Source: Candidatus Limnocylindrales bacterium
GTDB taxonomy: Bacteria; Chloroflexota; Limnocylindria; Limnocylindrales; CSP1-4
Direction of reading: 5' to 3'
Assembly: GCA_035248345.1 (NCBI GenBank)
Contig: DATFHO010000030.1
Span: forward strand, 6,116 to 70,115
DNA: 64,000 nt
Each line of letters starts with the position of its first letter. The stretch's first letter is position 1. Shown in pieces: positions 1 through 8,516 of this stretch. Made by a program: the position numbers and the translations under genes. The notes below the pieces were generated by a model. That model was not told where the DNA came from and made no database searches. It saw nothing but the letters and a program-made list of their open reading frames with translations.

Positions 1-282
1 CGGGTCGGGCGCGCGATCGTTGCAGCGCAGCCGCCGGTCGACCTGACGTCCAGCCCCGTCGATGCCGGCTCCGCCGAGCGATCGGCGCTGCGGGATGCCA
101 TCGGCGTGCTGTCGCCCGATCACCGGGTCGTCGTCGTGCTCCGGTACCTGCAGGACCTCAGCGTCGACGAGATCGCCGCGCGGACCGGCACGCCCGCGGG
201 CACGGTGAAGTCGCGCCTGCACCACGCGCTCCGCGAGCTTCGCGCCGCGTACGACGCCGCCGAGCGACACGACGACCGATGA
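1..282 (+). CDS. ECF-type sigma-70 factor, C-terminal fragment (5' end outside window)
   Basis: Frame 1 is open from the window edge to TGA 280-282. The translation ...VVVLRYLQDLSVDEIAARTGTPAGTVKSRLHHALRELRAAY is a classic sigma-70 region 4.2 HTH. It is absent from the ORF track because no start lies in the window. Its stop overlaps the next ATG (ATGA 279-282). Confidence 0.8.
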   Translation, partial: RVGRAIVAAQPPVDLTSSPVDAGSAERSALRDAIGVLSPDHRVVVVLRYLQDLSVDEIAARTGTPAGTVKSRLHHALRELRAAYDAAERHDDR

Positions 283-1658
283 CGATCCCGGACGACGATC
301 GATTCCAACGCCAGCTGCGGTCGGTCGTGCGCGACTCGGCGCCGGATGCCGCGCCGCCGGAGCTGCGAGAGCGGGTCGGCGTGACGACGTCCGTCCAGCC
401 CGTGCGCGCGCCGGCGCGCGGGGTCGGGTGGCCCTTCGTGGCAGCGCTGGGCGCCGCAATCGTGCTGGCCGCCGTGCTGCTGCGGCCGCAGGCTCCATCG
501 TTGCAGGGCGGCCCACAAGGGTCCCCGGCGGCCTCCGAGGCGACCGCGGTCGCGTCGCTTGGATCCCGGCCGCGATCGACGCCGACGGGCGATCCCGCGC
601 GCCACCCGGGCGAAGTCCAGGAGGGCCAGCTCCTCACCCCGACCGACGGCGTCGTGATGAACACCGAGGGCAGCATCCTGATCACGCACGACGGCGGCGC
701 GACGTGGCGCGATATCACGCCGTTCGACCCAGGCCAAGTCGAGATCCAGCGAACGTATTTCTTCGATGCCGCCCACGGCTGGGTCGTCACGTACGGCGGC
801 CAGCTCGGCGACCCGGGGCTCACGATCTGGCACACGGCCGACGCCGGGACGACGTGGGCCAGCTCCACGCTTCCGGACGTCACCGCGGTCGACTGGAAGC
901 TGGAGTTCCTCACGTCGGACATCGGCTGGCTCGCGACGGACCCGAGCGGCGAGTCGCCGAAGCCGGAGCTCCGCTGGACGCAGGACGGCGGCAGCACCTG
1001 GTCCGACCCGATCGACCTCGCGAAGGCGAGCGGGGTCCCGCAGCTCCACGACATCACCTTCTTCGATCGAGACCATGCGGTCATGACCGGCGGCCAGACG
1101 CTGCTCTTCAGCGCGGATGGCGGCAAGAGCTGGGCGACGCCGCATGTGTCGAACACGGACTTCGAGATCGTGTCCGGAACGCCGCACTACCTCACGGCCA
1201 AGGTCGTCGGCCCATCGACGGCGTTCATGGTCATCAACTGGGCAGACGGTCCGAAGACGCTCGGCCAGACCATCTTCGAAACGGTCAATGGCGGCGCGGA
1301 CTGGGTCGCGCGCTATGGCGACGCGCGCCACCGGTACTGGGACTTCATCGATGCGACGCACTGGATCGCGCTCGATGGCGAAACCGTCTGGACGACCGAC
1401 GACGGCGGGACCTCATGGGGCGCCGGAACATCCACCGGCCTCCCGGTCGTGCTCGATTTCGCCAGTCCGCAGTTCGTCGATCCGCTCCATGGATGGGCGG
1501 TGGCGAGTGGCGGTCCCCTCATCAAGTGCGTCAGCTGTCCGGTTCAAGTCCTCGAGCTGTTCAAGACTGCCGACGGAGGCAGCACCTGGTCGCTCGTCGG
1601 CGACTGCGACGCTTCGAGCGAGCTCGCGTTCGCCTGCCCGAGCCCGGGGCCGAGCTAG
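279..1658 (+). CDS. Membrane-anchored anti-sigma candidate with extracytoplasmic BNR/Asp-box (Ycf48-like) beta-propeller
   Basis: Translationally coupled to the ECF sigma. It has one TM helix (WPFVAALGAAIVLAAVLL) followed by seven Asp-box-like motifs (DGGATW, DAGTTW, DGGSTW, DGGKSW, NGGADW, DGGTSW, DGGSTW). Confidence 0.65.
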   Translation: MTIPDDDRFQRQLRSVVRDSAPDAAPPELRERVGVTTSVQPVRAPARGVGWPFVAALGAAIVLAAVLLRPQAPSLQGGPQGSPAASEATAVASLGSRPRSTPTGDPARHPGEVQEGQLLTPTDGVVMNTEGSILITHDGGATWRDITPFDPGQVEIQRTYFFDAAHGWVVTYGGQLGDPGLTIWHTADAGTTWASSTLPDVTAVDWKLEFLTSDIGWLATDPSGESPKPELRWTQDGGSTWSDPIDLAKASGVPQLHDITFFDRDHAVMTGGQTLLFSADGGKSWATPHVSNTDFEIVSGTPHYLTAKVVGPSTAFMVINWADGPKTLGQTIFETVNGGADWVARYGDARHRYWDFIDATHWIALDGETVWTTDDGGTSWGAGTSTGLPVVLDFASPQFVDPLHGWAVASGGPLIKCVSCPVQVLELFKTADGGSTWSLVGDCDASSELAFACPSPGPS

Positions 1659-1679
1659 GCAGTCATCCGAGCCCGGCCG

Positions 1680-2894
1680 TCAGTCGAGCAGGCTCCGGGT
1701 CGGCTGCGCGGCGGCGATGAGCCCGGTGAGCGCGAAGGCGGCGACGGGCCGGCGGAATCCCTTGAGGTCCAGCTCGCCGAGCGGTCGCGCGGTCGCGATC
1801 GATTCCACGCGGGTCCAGGCGCGCTCGCTCAGCACGGTGTCGCCCGGGCCGGCGATCGAGCACAGGCGCGCGGCGAGATTGGCCACGGACCCGACGACTG
1901 CGTACGCGAGGTGCCCCTCGAACCCGACACGGCCCAGCGTCGCGTAGCCCACCGAGATCCCGATCCCGAGCGCCAAGTCGAAGCCCTCGCGGCGCCACCG
2001 CTCGCAGACCGCCCGGTACCGCTCGTGCATCTCGAAGGCCATGCGGACGCCTTCGATCGGGTGATCGGCGATGGGGTTCGGGTCGTTGAGATAGATCATC
2101 ATCCCGTCGCCTGCGAAGTGCTCGAGCGTGGCGCCGTGCGCTTGGATCGCGGTGCCCATCTCGCGGTGATATTCGCGGATGACGGCCATCACCTCTTCCG
2201 GCTCCGCAGCTTCCGCGAACGAGGTGAAGCCGCGGAGATCGCAGTAAACGGCGGTGACCTCGCGTCGATGGCCGGCGAGGAGCTTCTCGCCATCGGGTGA
2301 GGACACGAGCTCCGCGACCGTCTTCGGCAGGTACCGGGCAAGCTCCTCGCGCTGCTGCTCGATGGTGCGAAGGAGCCGGACGTTGTCGAGGACGATCGCG
2401 GCCTGGTCGGCGAACGTCTGGACGAGCGCAATCTCCTCATCGCTGAACGGCCGGACCGTGAGCCGGTTCAGCCCGACGGCGCCGATGATCCGGCCTTCCT
2501 TCGTGATCGGCAGTCCCAGGAGCGTGTGGAAGCCGATGATCTGGCGGGCAGGCCACGTGTACGTCGGGTCCGCCGCCGCATCCTCGATCTGGACGGGTCC
2601 GCCGGCGGCCAGCGCCCGGCCGAGAATCGTGCCGTTCGTGAGCGGCGTCTCGTGGCCGAGCTCATACGCCGATCCCTCGGGGGTCATCCCGACAGTGGCG
2701 ACGCCGCGCACGAACCCCTCGCTCGAGGGCACGAAGATCGACGCCTGGTCCGCGTGGCACAGCTTGCACATCGCGTCAACGACGATCCGAAGGACGCCTT
2801 CCTGATCGAACGGCGACTCGCTGATCGCGCGGAGGATCTGCCGGACGGCGTCGAGCTGGACCGTTGCGGAAGATGGGACGTCGGGTTCGGTCAC
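1680..2894 (-). CDS. GAF domain-containing class III adenylate/guanylate cyclase (404 aa)
   Basis: The GTG start at 2892-2894 overlaps the upstream stop (GTGA). An N-terminal GAF region precedes a cyclase core with VYCDLRGFT, FAGDGMMIYL and GSVANLAARL motifs. The longer ORF-track version (to 3782) is an off-frame extension through the upstream gene. Confidence 0.85.
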   Translation of the reverse strand: MTEPDVPSSATVQLDAVRQILRAISESPFDQEGVLRIVVDAMCKLCHADQASIFVPSSEGFVRGVATVGMTPEGSAYELGHETPLTNGTILGRALAAGGPVQIEDAAADPTYTWPARQIIGFHTLLGLPITKEGRIIGAVGLNRLTVRPFSDEEIALVQTFADQAAIVLDNVRLLRTIEQQREELARYLPKTVAELVSSPDGEKLLAGHRREVTAVYCDLRGFTSFAEAAEPEEVMAVIREYHREMGTAIQAHGATLEHFAGDGMMIYLNDPNPIADHPIEGVRMAFEMHERYRAVCERWRREGFDLALGIGISVGYATLGRVGFEGHLAYAVVGSVANLAARLCSIAGPGDTVLSERAWTRVESIATARPLGELDLKGFRRPVAAFALTGLIAAAQPTRSLLD

Positions 2895-4150
2895 GTGGCG
2901 GAACGATACCGAACGGAATCGCGTTCGAGGTTCGGCGCCGGTGCCAGCGGCCCGCCTCGCTTCGCCGGCGCCCACAGCGTGAACGGCGACGTCTGCTCGC
3001 CGAGCAGGATCTTCGCGAACTGCGCGCGCGCCAACCCGATCTCGGCTGCGAGCGAGAACATCGGATCGCGGCCCCACGCCAATGGCACGAGGTTCGACTG
3101 GAACGCGGGCGTCATCAGCCGGGAGAGCCACGTGTACCAGCGGACGTGCGCGCGGCGATCGCGCCCGTACGCGTCCAGCGCTTCGGCGAGGGAGGTCGTG
3201 TCGCGCAGCGCGGCGGCGAGCGACCAGGCGTCCGCGAGCGCCAGGCTGGCGCCCATCCCGAGCTGCGGGCTCATCGCGTGCGCCGCGTCGCCCACCAGCG
3301 CCACGCCGGCGCGCCCGACGACCGTCGACGGATGGGGCACGACCACGTCGCGATACGCGGCGTTCAGGATCCGCGCCTCCCGCACGCGCTCCAGCAGCGG
3401 CGCGAAATCCGGGGCGTACGGCAGCGCCCTGTCCACGAACCACCCAGGGCCGGCGGCAATCGCAGCCTCCGCGTCGCGATTCCGGATCGACCAGAAGATC
3501 GACGTCTCGCCGATGCCGGTCGGCAGGAAGCCGAGCATCGTCCGGGTGTCGCGGTAGCGCTGGACGAGTGCGTCGGGAACGAGGCCGTCCGGGTCGGGCA
3601 CGACCGTCCACAGCGCGCCGAACGGGTAGCGGATGTCCTTCGTCGCGAGCCCAAGCTGGCGTCGGATGCGCGAGCGGGCACCATCGGCGGCGACGACGAG
3701 GTCGAACGGGCCGGCGGTTTCGCCGTCCGTCCGGACGAGCTGGGCGCCGTCCGGTTCGAGGTGGACCCGATCGACCTCCCACCCGACGTGCGCCGGCACG
3801 CCGGCTGCCTCGAGTGCCTTCCAGAGCACCCCGAACAGCGCGCCGCGGTTGACGCCGAGCCCGACATGGGGCGATCGAGCGTCCTCGTAGCCGAACCGGA
3901 GGAGGAAGCGACCGTTGGGGCCGCCGATGCGGCCTTCGATGCGGCGGACCGGCGTCGATGCCTGTTCGAGCTCGTCGGCGAGCCCCAGCGTCGCGAGGAT
4001 CCGCTGGCCCAGCGGCTGGAGCAGGATCCCGGCGCCGACCGGGCGCGGGTCCGGGACGCGCTCGAAGATCTCGACGTCGTGCCCGTCGCGGGCGAGGAGG
4101 AGCGCGGAGGCCGCGCCGCCCGTTCCGCCGCCGACAACCGCGATGCGCAT
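2891..4150 (-). CDS. FAD-dependent (class A flavoprotein) monooxygenase
   Basis: MRIAVVGGGTGGAA Rossmann start, plus ADGARSRIR and GDAAHAMSPQLGMG motifs typical of UbiH/salicylate-hydroxylase-like enzymes. Confidence 0.85.
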   Translation of the reverse strand: MRIAVVGGGTGGAASALLLARDGHDVEIFERVPDPRPVGAGILLQPLGQRILATLGLADELEQASTPVRRIEGRIGGPNGRFLLRFGYEDARSPHVGLGVNRGALFGVLWKALEAAGVPAHVGWEVDRVHLEPDGAQLVRTDGETAGPFDLVVAADGARSRIRRQLGLATKDIRYPFGALWTVVPDPDGLVPDALVQRYRDTRTMLGFLPTGIGETSIFWSIRNRDAEAAIAAGPGWFVDRALPYAPDFAPLLERVREARILNAAYRDVVVPHPSTVVGRAGVALVGDAAHAMSPQLGMGASLALADAWSLAAALRDTTSLAEALDAYGRDRRAHVRWYTWLSRLMTPAFQSNLVPLAWGRDPMFSLAAEIGLARAQFAKILLGEQTSPFTLWAPAKRGGPLAPAPNLERDSVRYRSAT

Positions 4151-4184
4151 CGGTCGATCGGTTCGGGCGGGCGCCGTCAGGTCG

Positions 4185-5159
4185 TCAGGCGGACGCGCGG
4201 CGTCGCCGGATCTCGGCGCTGATCGCGGGGACGATCTCGTGCATGTCCCCGATCACGGCGTAGTCGGCGGCGGCCATGATCGGCGAGTCGCCATCCTTGT
4301 TGATCGCGATCAGCTTCTTCGCGCCGCGCGCGCCGGCGAGGTGCTGGGTCGCGCCGCTGATGCCGGCCGCGATGTACAAGCTCGGGGCGATCTTCGTGCC
4401 GGTCTGGCCCACCTGCTCCGTGTGGGGCCGCCACCCGGCGATCGTGACGGCGCGCGTGCACCCGACGGCGGCGCCGAGCAGCGCGGCCAGCTCCTCGATC
4501 GGCGCGAAGCCAGCGGCTGAGCCGGCGCCTCGGCCCCCGCTCACGACGACCTTGGCATCGGCCAGGGAGATGCCGCCCGCCGCGGGCGGCACGCGGTCGA
4601 CCACTCGGACGACGAGATCGCGGTCGTCCAGGTCGGGGGTGAAGGTCGTCACGGGTGCGGTCGCGTTCACCGGTTCGACGGGGATCGCGTGCGGCGCGGC
4701 GGTGAGCGCCACGACGTCACCGCGCAGTGCAGCTTCCTCCAGGAGGCTGCCGCCCCAGCGGAGGCGCGTCACGACGAGCTCGCCGGGCGTTCCGCTCGGT
4801 TCGGCATTCGTGCAGTTCGCGGCGAACGGCGCATCGGCACGAACCGCCGCGCGGGCGATGACCGTGTTCCCCGCCTCCGTGCCCGGCCCGACGATCACGC
4901 CGGCACCAACGGAGCGGGCGACGTCCGCGAGGATGCGGCCGATCGCATCCGGCGCCGTGGCGCCGAGCGCGGGATGCTCCGCAACGCGGACTTCGCTTGC
5001 ACCCGACGCGCCGAGACCAGCCGCAGATGCGCCTTCCCCGATCACGACGGCATGCACGTCTCCGCCCGCCGCGATCCGGCGCGCGAGCGTGAGCCCCTGG
5101 AGCGCCACCGCATCGGGGGCGCCGTTCGTGGTCGAGACGTACGCGACGACCGTGGCCAT
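4185..5159 (-). CDS. etfA: Electron transfer flavoprotein alpha subunit
   Basis: C-terminal ETF-alpha FAD-binding signature IAPSLYIAAGISGATQHLAGARGAKKLIAINKDGDSPI. Its ATG shares 1 nt with the etfB stop (TGATG). Confidence 0.9.
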   Translation of the reverse strand: MATVVAYVSTTNGAPDAVALQGLTLARRIAAGGDVHAVVIGEGASAAGLGASGASEVRVAEHPALGATAPDAIGRILADVARSVGAGVIVGPGTEAGNTVIARAAVRADAPFAANCTNAEPSGTPGELVVTRLRWGGSLLEEAALRGDVVALTAAPHAIPVEPVNATAPVTTFTPDLDDRDLVVRVVDRVPPAAGGISLADAKVVVSGGRGAGSAAGFAPIEELAALLGAAVGCTRAVTIAGWRPHTEQVGQTGTKIAPSLYIAAGISGATQHLAGARGAKKLIAINKDGDSPIMAAADYAVIGDMHEIVPAISAEIRRRRASA

Positions 5160-5923
5160 CAGATGAGCCCCAGCGACGCGATGACGTCAACGACGGCCGG
5201 CGCGGCATCCGCGCCGGTGCCGAGGATCTCGGCCGTGGACGCATTGCCGGCCGGGACGACGAGGCGGCGCATCTCGAGCCGCTGCGCCGGGCGCGCGGGA
5301 TCCGTGGCCTCCACCGGCTTGGATCGCGCCCGGAGCCGGCCCGGCACGGACGGATATCGCGGCAGGTTGATCCCCTCGAGGACTGCGACGACCGCGGGAA
5401 GCGGGATGTCGTAGATGTCGCGGCCGCCGTCGACCTCCTGCTCGCACCGGGCACGACCGTCGGCGACCACGAGGCGCTTCGTGCGGGTCACGGTCGGTCG
5501 ATCCAGCGCGTAGCCGACGCGGACGCCAACCTGGAAGTCGGCCGTGTCGCCGGTCTCGTTGCCCATGAGGATCAGGTCGAACGGGCCGTTCGCGGCCTCA
5601 TCGGCGCGGATGGCGTCGACGATCGCATCGGCCGTCGATTCGGGATCCCACTCCGTGCCGTCAGTCCTGAGATGGATGGCGCGATCGATGCCGAGCGCCA
5701 TCGATTCGCGCAGCCGGTCCACGGCGTCCGCGGGCCCCAGCGTGAGCACGACACTGTCGCCGCCGTTGGCCTCGATGAGCCGCACGGCCTCCTCGACGCC
5801 GCACTCCTCGTGCGGGCCAATGGTCTGGCCGAGGTAGCGGACGTCGATTGCCCGCTCATCGGGCGTGAGCGTGATCCGGCCCGCGACGGCGGGCACGCCC
5901 TTGATGGCGACGAGAACGCGCAC
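5159..5923 (-). CDS. etfB: Electron transfer flavoprotein beta subunit
   Basis: MRVLVAIKGVP... ETF-beta-type N-terminus, 254 aa, immediately upstream of etfA. Confidence 0.9.
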   Translation of the reverse strand: MRVLVAIKGVPAVAGRITLTPDERAIDVRYLGQTIGPHEECGVEEAVRLIEANGGDSVVLTLGPADAVDRLRESMALGIDRAIHLRTDGTEWDPESTADAIVDAIRADEAANGPFDLILMGNETGDTADFQVGVRVGYALDRPTVTRTKRLVVADGRARCEQEVDGGRDIYDIPLPAVVAVLEGINLPRYPSVPGRLRARSKPVEATDPARPAQRLEMRRLVVPAGNASTAEILGTGADAAPAVVDVIASLGLI

Positions 5924-5940
5924 GCTGCTTCCCCGCCGCC

Positions 5941-8451
5941 CTACGCCCGGATCCGGGCGTTGTCCGGATCGAACAGCGGGCGCGCCCCGACGACCGCGAT
6001 CGTGACCGGGTAGCGGTCCATGAAGTACTGCACGAAGAGCTTGCCGCCTTCGACGGCGAGGTCCGGGGGCAGGTAGGCGAACAGCACGTGCTTGCCGGTC
6101 GACGGGCTCGCACCCGCCGACGTCGCGTACGAGCGACGGCCCTTGGCGTCCGTGATCGGCGAGCCGTCAGCCTGGACGATCGGCTGGCGACCGAGCATGA
6201 ACCGCCGCTCGCCGGTGCTCGGCGACGCGTGATCGTCGACGGTGAGCGTGCACAGCACCGCCGCCGGCGGCGTCGCCATCTGCTCCAGGACGGCCTTTTT
6301 GCCGACGAAGTCCTCCGACTTGATCTTCGGCGGCAGCATCCCGGCCTCGACGACGTCGTAGTCGCCGTCGAGCTCCATGCCGTAGGCGCGGTAGCCCTTC
6401 TCGAGCCGGCCCGTCGTGCCGTAGACACCCATGCCGCAGGCGGTCAGGCCATGCGCCTTGCCCGCCTCCCAGAGCTCTTCCCAGAGCCGGCGGCCCTGCT
6501 CGATCGGCACGTACAGCTCCCAGCCGAGCTCGCCGACGTAGCTGATCCGGGACGCGAGGACCATCTGCGAGCCGATCTCGACGTTCCGGCAGGTGCCGAA
6601 CGGGAAGCCGGCGTGGCTCATGTCGTCGCGGGTCAGCGACTGGACGATGTCGCGGGCCTTCGGACCCCAGATGCCGATGGTCGTGTAGGCAGTTGTCAGG
6701 TCCACGAGCGAGGCGTGCTCGTCGAGATGGTCCTTGAACCACTTGAGGTCCGCGGGACCGTGGGCGCCGCCGGTGACGACGCGGAAGTGGTTCCGGCCGA
6801 GCCGCATGATCGTGAGGTCGCTCTTGAACCCGCCGACCTCCGAGAGCACCGGCGTGTACACGACCTTGCCGACGGCGACGTCCATCTGGCGCATCGCGAC
6901 CTTCTGAACGGAGGCAAGGGCACCCGTGCCAACGATGTCGAAGATCTCGAACGCCGACAGGTCGAAGATGCCGGCCTTCTCGCGCATTGCGAGGTGCTCG
7001 GCGTTGATGATCGGCGACCACCAGCGCGCGTCCCACTCGTTCGGGCGCGACTCGATGCCGTAGTGCTCGACGAGCCCGGCGTTCGAGTTGAACCACTGGG
7101 TCCGCTCCCAGCCCGCGACCTCGAAGAACTCCGCGTCGTGCTCGACGTGCCACTCGTGCATCGGCGAGCGGCGCAGCGGGCGATCGCTCAGGTATTGCTC
7201 GGCGGGGTGGACGATCCCGTAGGTCTTCGGGAACGCCTCGAAGGAGCGTGCCTTGGTGTGCTGCCGCGTTCGCTGGTGCGCGTGGAACCGGCCGATGTCG
7301 CTCTGAGCGACATCGATCGACGGCTCGCCGTGGACCATCCACTCGGCGATGCAACGGCCGACGGCCGGACCTTCCTTGACCCACACCGCGGCGGCGGACC
7401 AGAGGCCCTTGACCTCGGGCGTCTCGCCCAGCAGCGGCATCCCGTCCGGGGTGAGCGCGATGAGCCCGTTGATCGCGTACTTCTGGCCGACGCGTTCGTC
7501 CCCGAGGATCGACGGCATGAGCGCGAGCGCATCCTCGAGCTGCGGGTCGAAGTCTTCCTGGGTGAACGGGAACTCCGTGGGCGAGAGCGCCGCCTGCTCG
7601 TTCGAGGGGATCTCCTCGGGGTCGTGCAGGATCGAGCGGTGGGCATACGAGCCGACCTCGAGCCCGATCCCGTCCTGGCGCTCGTACATGAGGACGTCCA
7701 TGTCGCGGACGATCGGGTACTCGATCGCGCGCGAGGACTTCTCGAAGAGCGGCACCGGCCCGTAGTCGGCCATCTGGTGGACCACCGGCGTCAGCGGGAT
7801 GCGCGCGCCGGCCATCTCGGCGACCATCGGCGACCACACCCCGCAGGCGATCACGACGTACTCGGCCTCGACGGTCCCGCGAGTCGTGTGGACGGCACGG
7901 ATCTGCTCGTCCTCGACGTCGAAGCCGGTGACCTCCGTGTTCGCGATCGATGTGAGCGCACCCATCTCCTCGGCGCGCTCGCGGCACATGGTCCCAAAGC
8001 GCAGCGAGTCGACGACGCTCACGCCTGGCGTGTAGAAGCCGCCGACGAGGATCGACGTGTCGACGAAGGGCACGAGCTCGCCCACCTCGGCGGGCGTGAG
8101 CAGGCGGGCGTCATCGATGCGCCAGTTCTTCGCCGAGTCCATGCGGCGCCGAAGCTCCGTCATCCGGGTCTCGGAGCGGGCGACCTCGATGCCGCCGCAG
8201 ACGGTCTGCACCCCGAACTCCGCGTACTGGTTCGAGCTCTCGATCGTGAGCTGGGCCATCTCCTTGTTGTGGTCGACGAGGAAGATGAAGTTGCTCGCGT
8301 GGCCCGTGGAACCGCCCGGGTTCGGGAACGGGCCCTTGTCGATGAGCAGGATGTCGCGCCAGCCCAGCTTCGCGAGGTGGTACGCGACGCTGTTGCCGAC
8401 GATGCCGGCGCCGATGATCACGACCTTCGCTTTGCTCGGCAGCCCTGCCAT
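5941..8451 (-). CDS. Dimethylglycine/sarcosine dehydrogenase family protein (FAD oxidoreductase + GcvT-like folate-binding domain, 836 aa)
   Basis: ATG 8449-8451 is preceded by GGAGGAG. Motifs present: VVIIGAGIVGNSVAYHL dinucleotide fold, STGHASNF (candidate covalent-FAD His) and a C-terminal aminomethyltransferase-like RISYVGELGWELYVP. The adjacent etfBA fits an ETF-linked dehydrogenase. Confidence 0.85.
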   Translation of the reverse strand: MAGLPSKAKVVIIGAGIVGNSVAYHLAKLGWRDILLIDKGPFPNPGGSTGHASNFIFLVDHNKEMAQLTIESSNQYAEFGVQTVCGGIEVARSETRMTELRRRMDSAKNWRIDDARLLTPAEVGELVPFVDTSILVGGFYTPGVSVVDSLRFGTMCRERAEEMGALTSIANTEVTGFDVEDEQIRAVHTTRGTVEAEYVVIACGVWSPMVAEMAGARIPLTPVVHQMADYGPVPLFEKSSRAIEYPIVRDMDVLMYERQDGIGLEVGSYAHRSILHDPEEIPSNEQAALSPTEFPFTQEDFDPQLEDALALMPSILGDERVGQKYAINGLIALTPDGMPLLGETPEVKGLWSAAAVWVKEGPAVGRCIAEWMVHGEPSIDVAQSDIGRFHAHQRTRQHTKARSFEAFPKTYGIVHPAEQYLSDRPLRRSPMHEWHVEHDAEFFEVAGWERTQWFNSNAGLVEHYGIESRPNEWDARWWSPIINAEHLAMREKAGIFDLSAFEIFDIVGTGALASVQKVAMRQMDVAVGKVVYTPVLSEVGGFKSDLTIMRLGRNHFRVVTGGAHGPADLKWFKDHLDEHASLVDLTTAYTTIGIWGPKARDIVQSLTRDDMSHAGFPFGTCRNVEIGSQMVLASRISYVGELGWELYVPIEQGRRLWEELWEAGKAHGLTACGMGVYGTTGRLEKGYRAYGMELDGDYDVVEAGMLPPKIKSEDFVGKKAVLEQMATPPAAVLCTLTVDDHASPSTGERRFMLGRQPIVQADGSPITDAKGRRSYATSAGASPSTGKHVLFAYLPPDLAVEGGKLFVQYFMDRYPVTIAVVGARPLFDPDNARIRA

Positions 8452-8516
8452 GTTCCCGCTCCTCCAGCGGCCCGATCGGGGCCGGATGTTCGCTCGTTGA
8501 TCGGCGCCCCGAAGGG

